This document shows, in pieces, positions 63,914 to 64,000 of a stretch of 64,000 bases of DNA. The stretch lies in the NCBI GenBank assembly GCA_963665125.2, contig CAXXUK010000001.1, positions 3,360,001 to 3,424,000 on the forward strand, given 5' to 3'. Within the stretch, counting starts at the first letter, position 1; every line of letters starts with the position of its first letter. Origin of the DNA: an uncultured Desulfarculus sp. (GTDB lineage Bacteria > Desulfobacterota > Desulfarculia > Desulfarculales > Desulfarculaceae). The position numbers and the translations under genes were made by a program. Below the pieces are notes generated by a model, which ran no database searches, was not told the DNA's origin, and was given only the letters and a program-made list of their open reading frames with translations.

Positions 63914-64000
63914 TGATCCAGCCCAGTTTTGACGGACACGCGTTTAAGCGAGTAAATTGCTTAACGGAGGTGTTCTATGCCATCACAGAAGAGCCAGAAA
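63914..64000 (+). mobile_element. Left end of an IS3-family insertion sequence (partial)
   Basis: TGATCCAGCCCAGTTTTGACGGACACGCGTTTAAGCGAGTAAA resembles the IS3 IRL as I recall it; GGAGG RBS and ATG at 63977 (MPSQKSQK...). Confidence 0.78.

Noticed and set aside
63181..63939. Minus-strand ORFs 63181-63441 and 63487-63939
   Set aside because: Shadows of the plus-strand integrase-like frame starting at 63169

Overview
GC-rich chromosomal segment whose gene content (DVU0772-family gene, ahbB-hemL, two-gene sufC/sufB, octaheme cytochrome c, HDOD and hybrid-kinase signalling) suggests an anaerobic Desulfobacterota-type organism; this is an inference. Most of the window is housekeeping, signalling and metabolism: glnS, dnaK, hsp20-lon, hemL, tadA, two tRNA-Ser and several two-component systems. 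The most unusual region is 32.4-42.4 kb. There a GT-C-like membrane protein, a GT2 glycosyltransferase and a GH99-like lipoprotein precede six co-oriented paralogous lipoprotein genes. Each paralog has a lipobox, an optional Cys-rich variable domain, a mucin-like Thr/Pro linker and a C-terminal ~95-aa beta domain with an avidin-like residue pattern. The array shows signs of duplication and module shuffling: a degenerate copy of the GH99 3' end, paired near-identical terminators and mosaic similarity between paralogs. Other notable items are a covarying multi-hairpin ~110-bp repeat (3 copies), a displaced duplicate 3' end of a flavodoxin gene, a frameshifted octaheme cytochrome, a Rieske-like protein lacking its second His ligand, and an integrase-like gene at tRNA-Ser(CGA) interrupted by an IS3-family end at the window edge. 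All calls come from motif reading only; no searches were run.
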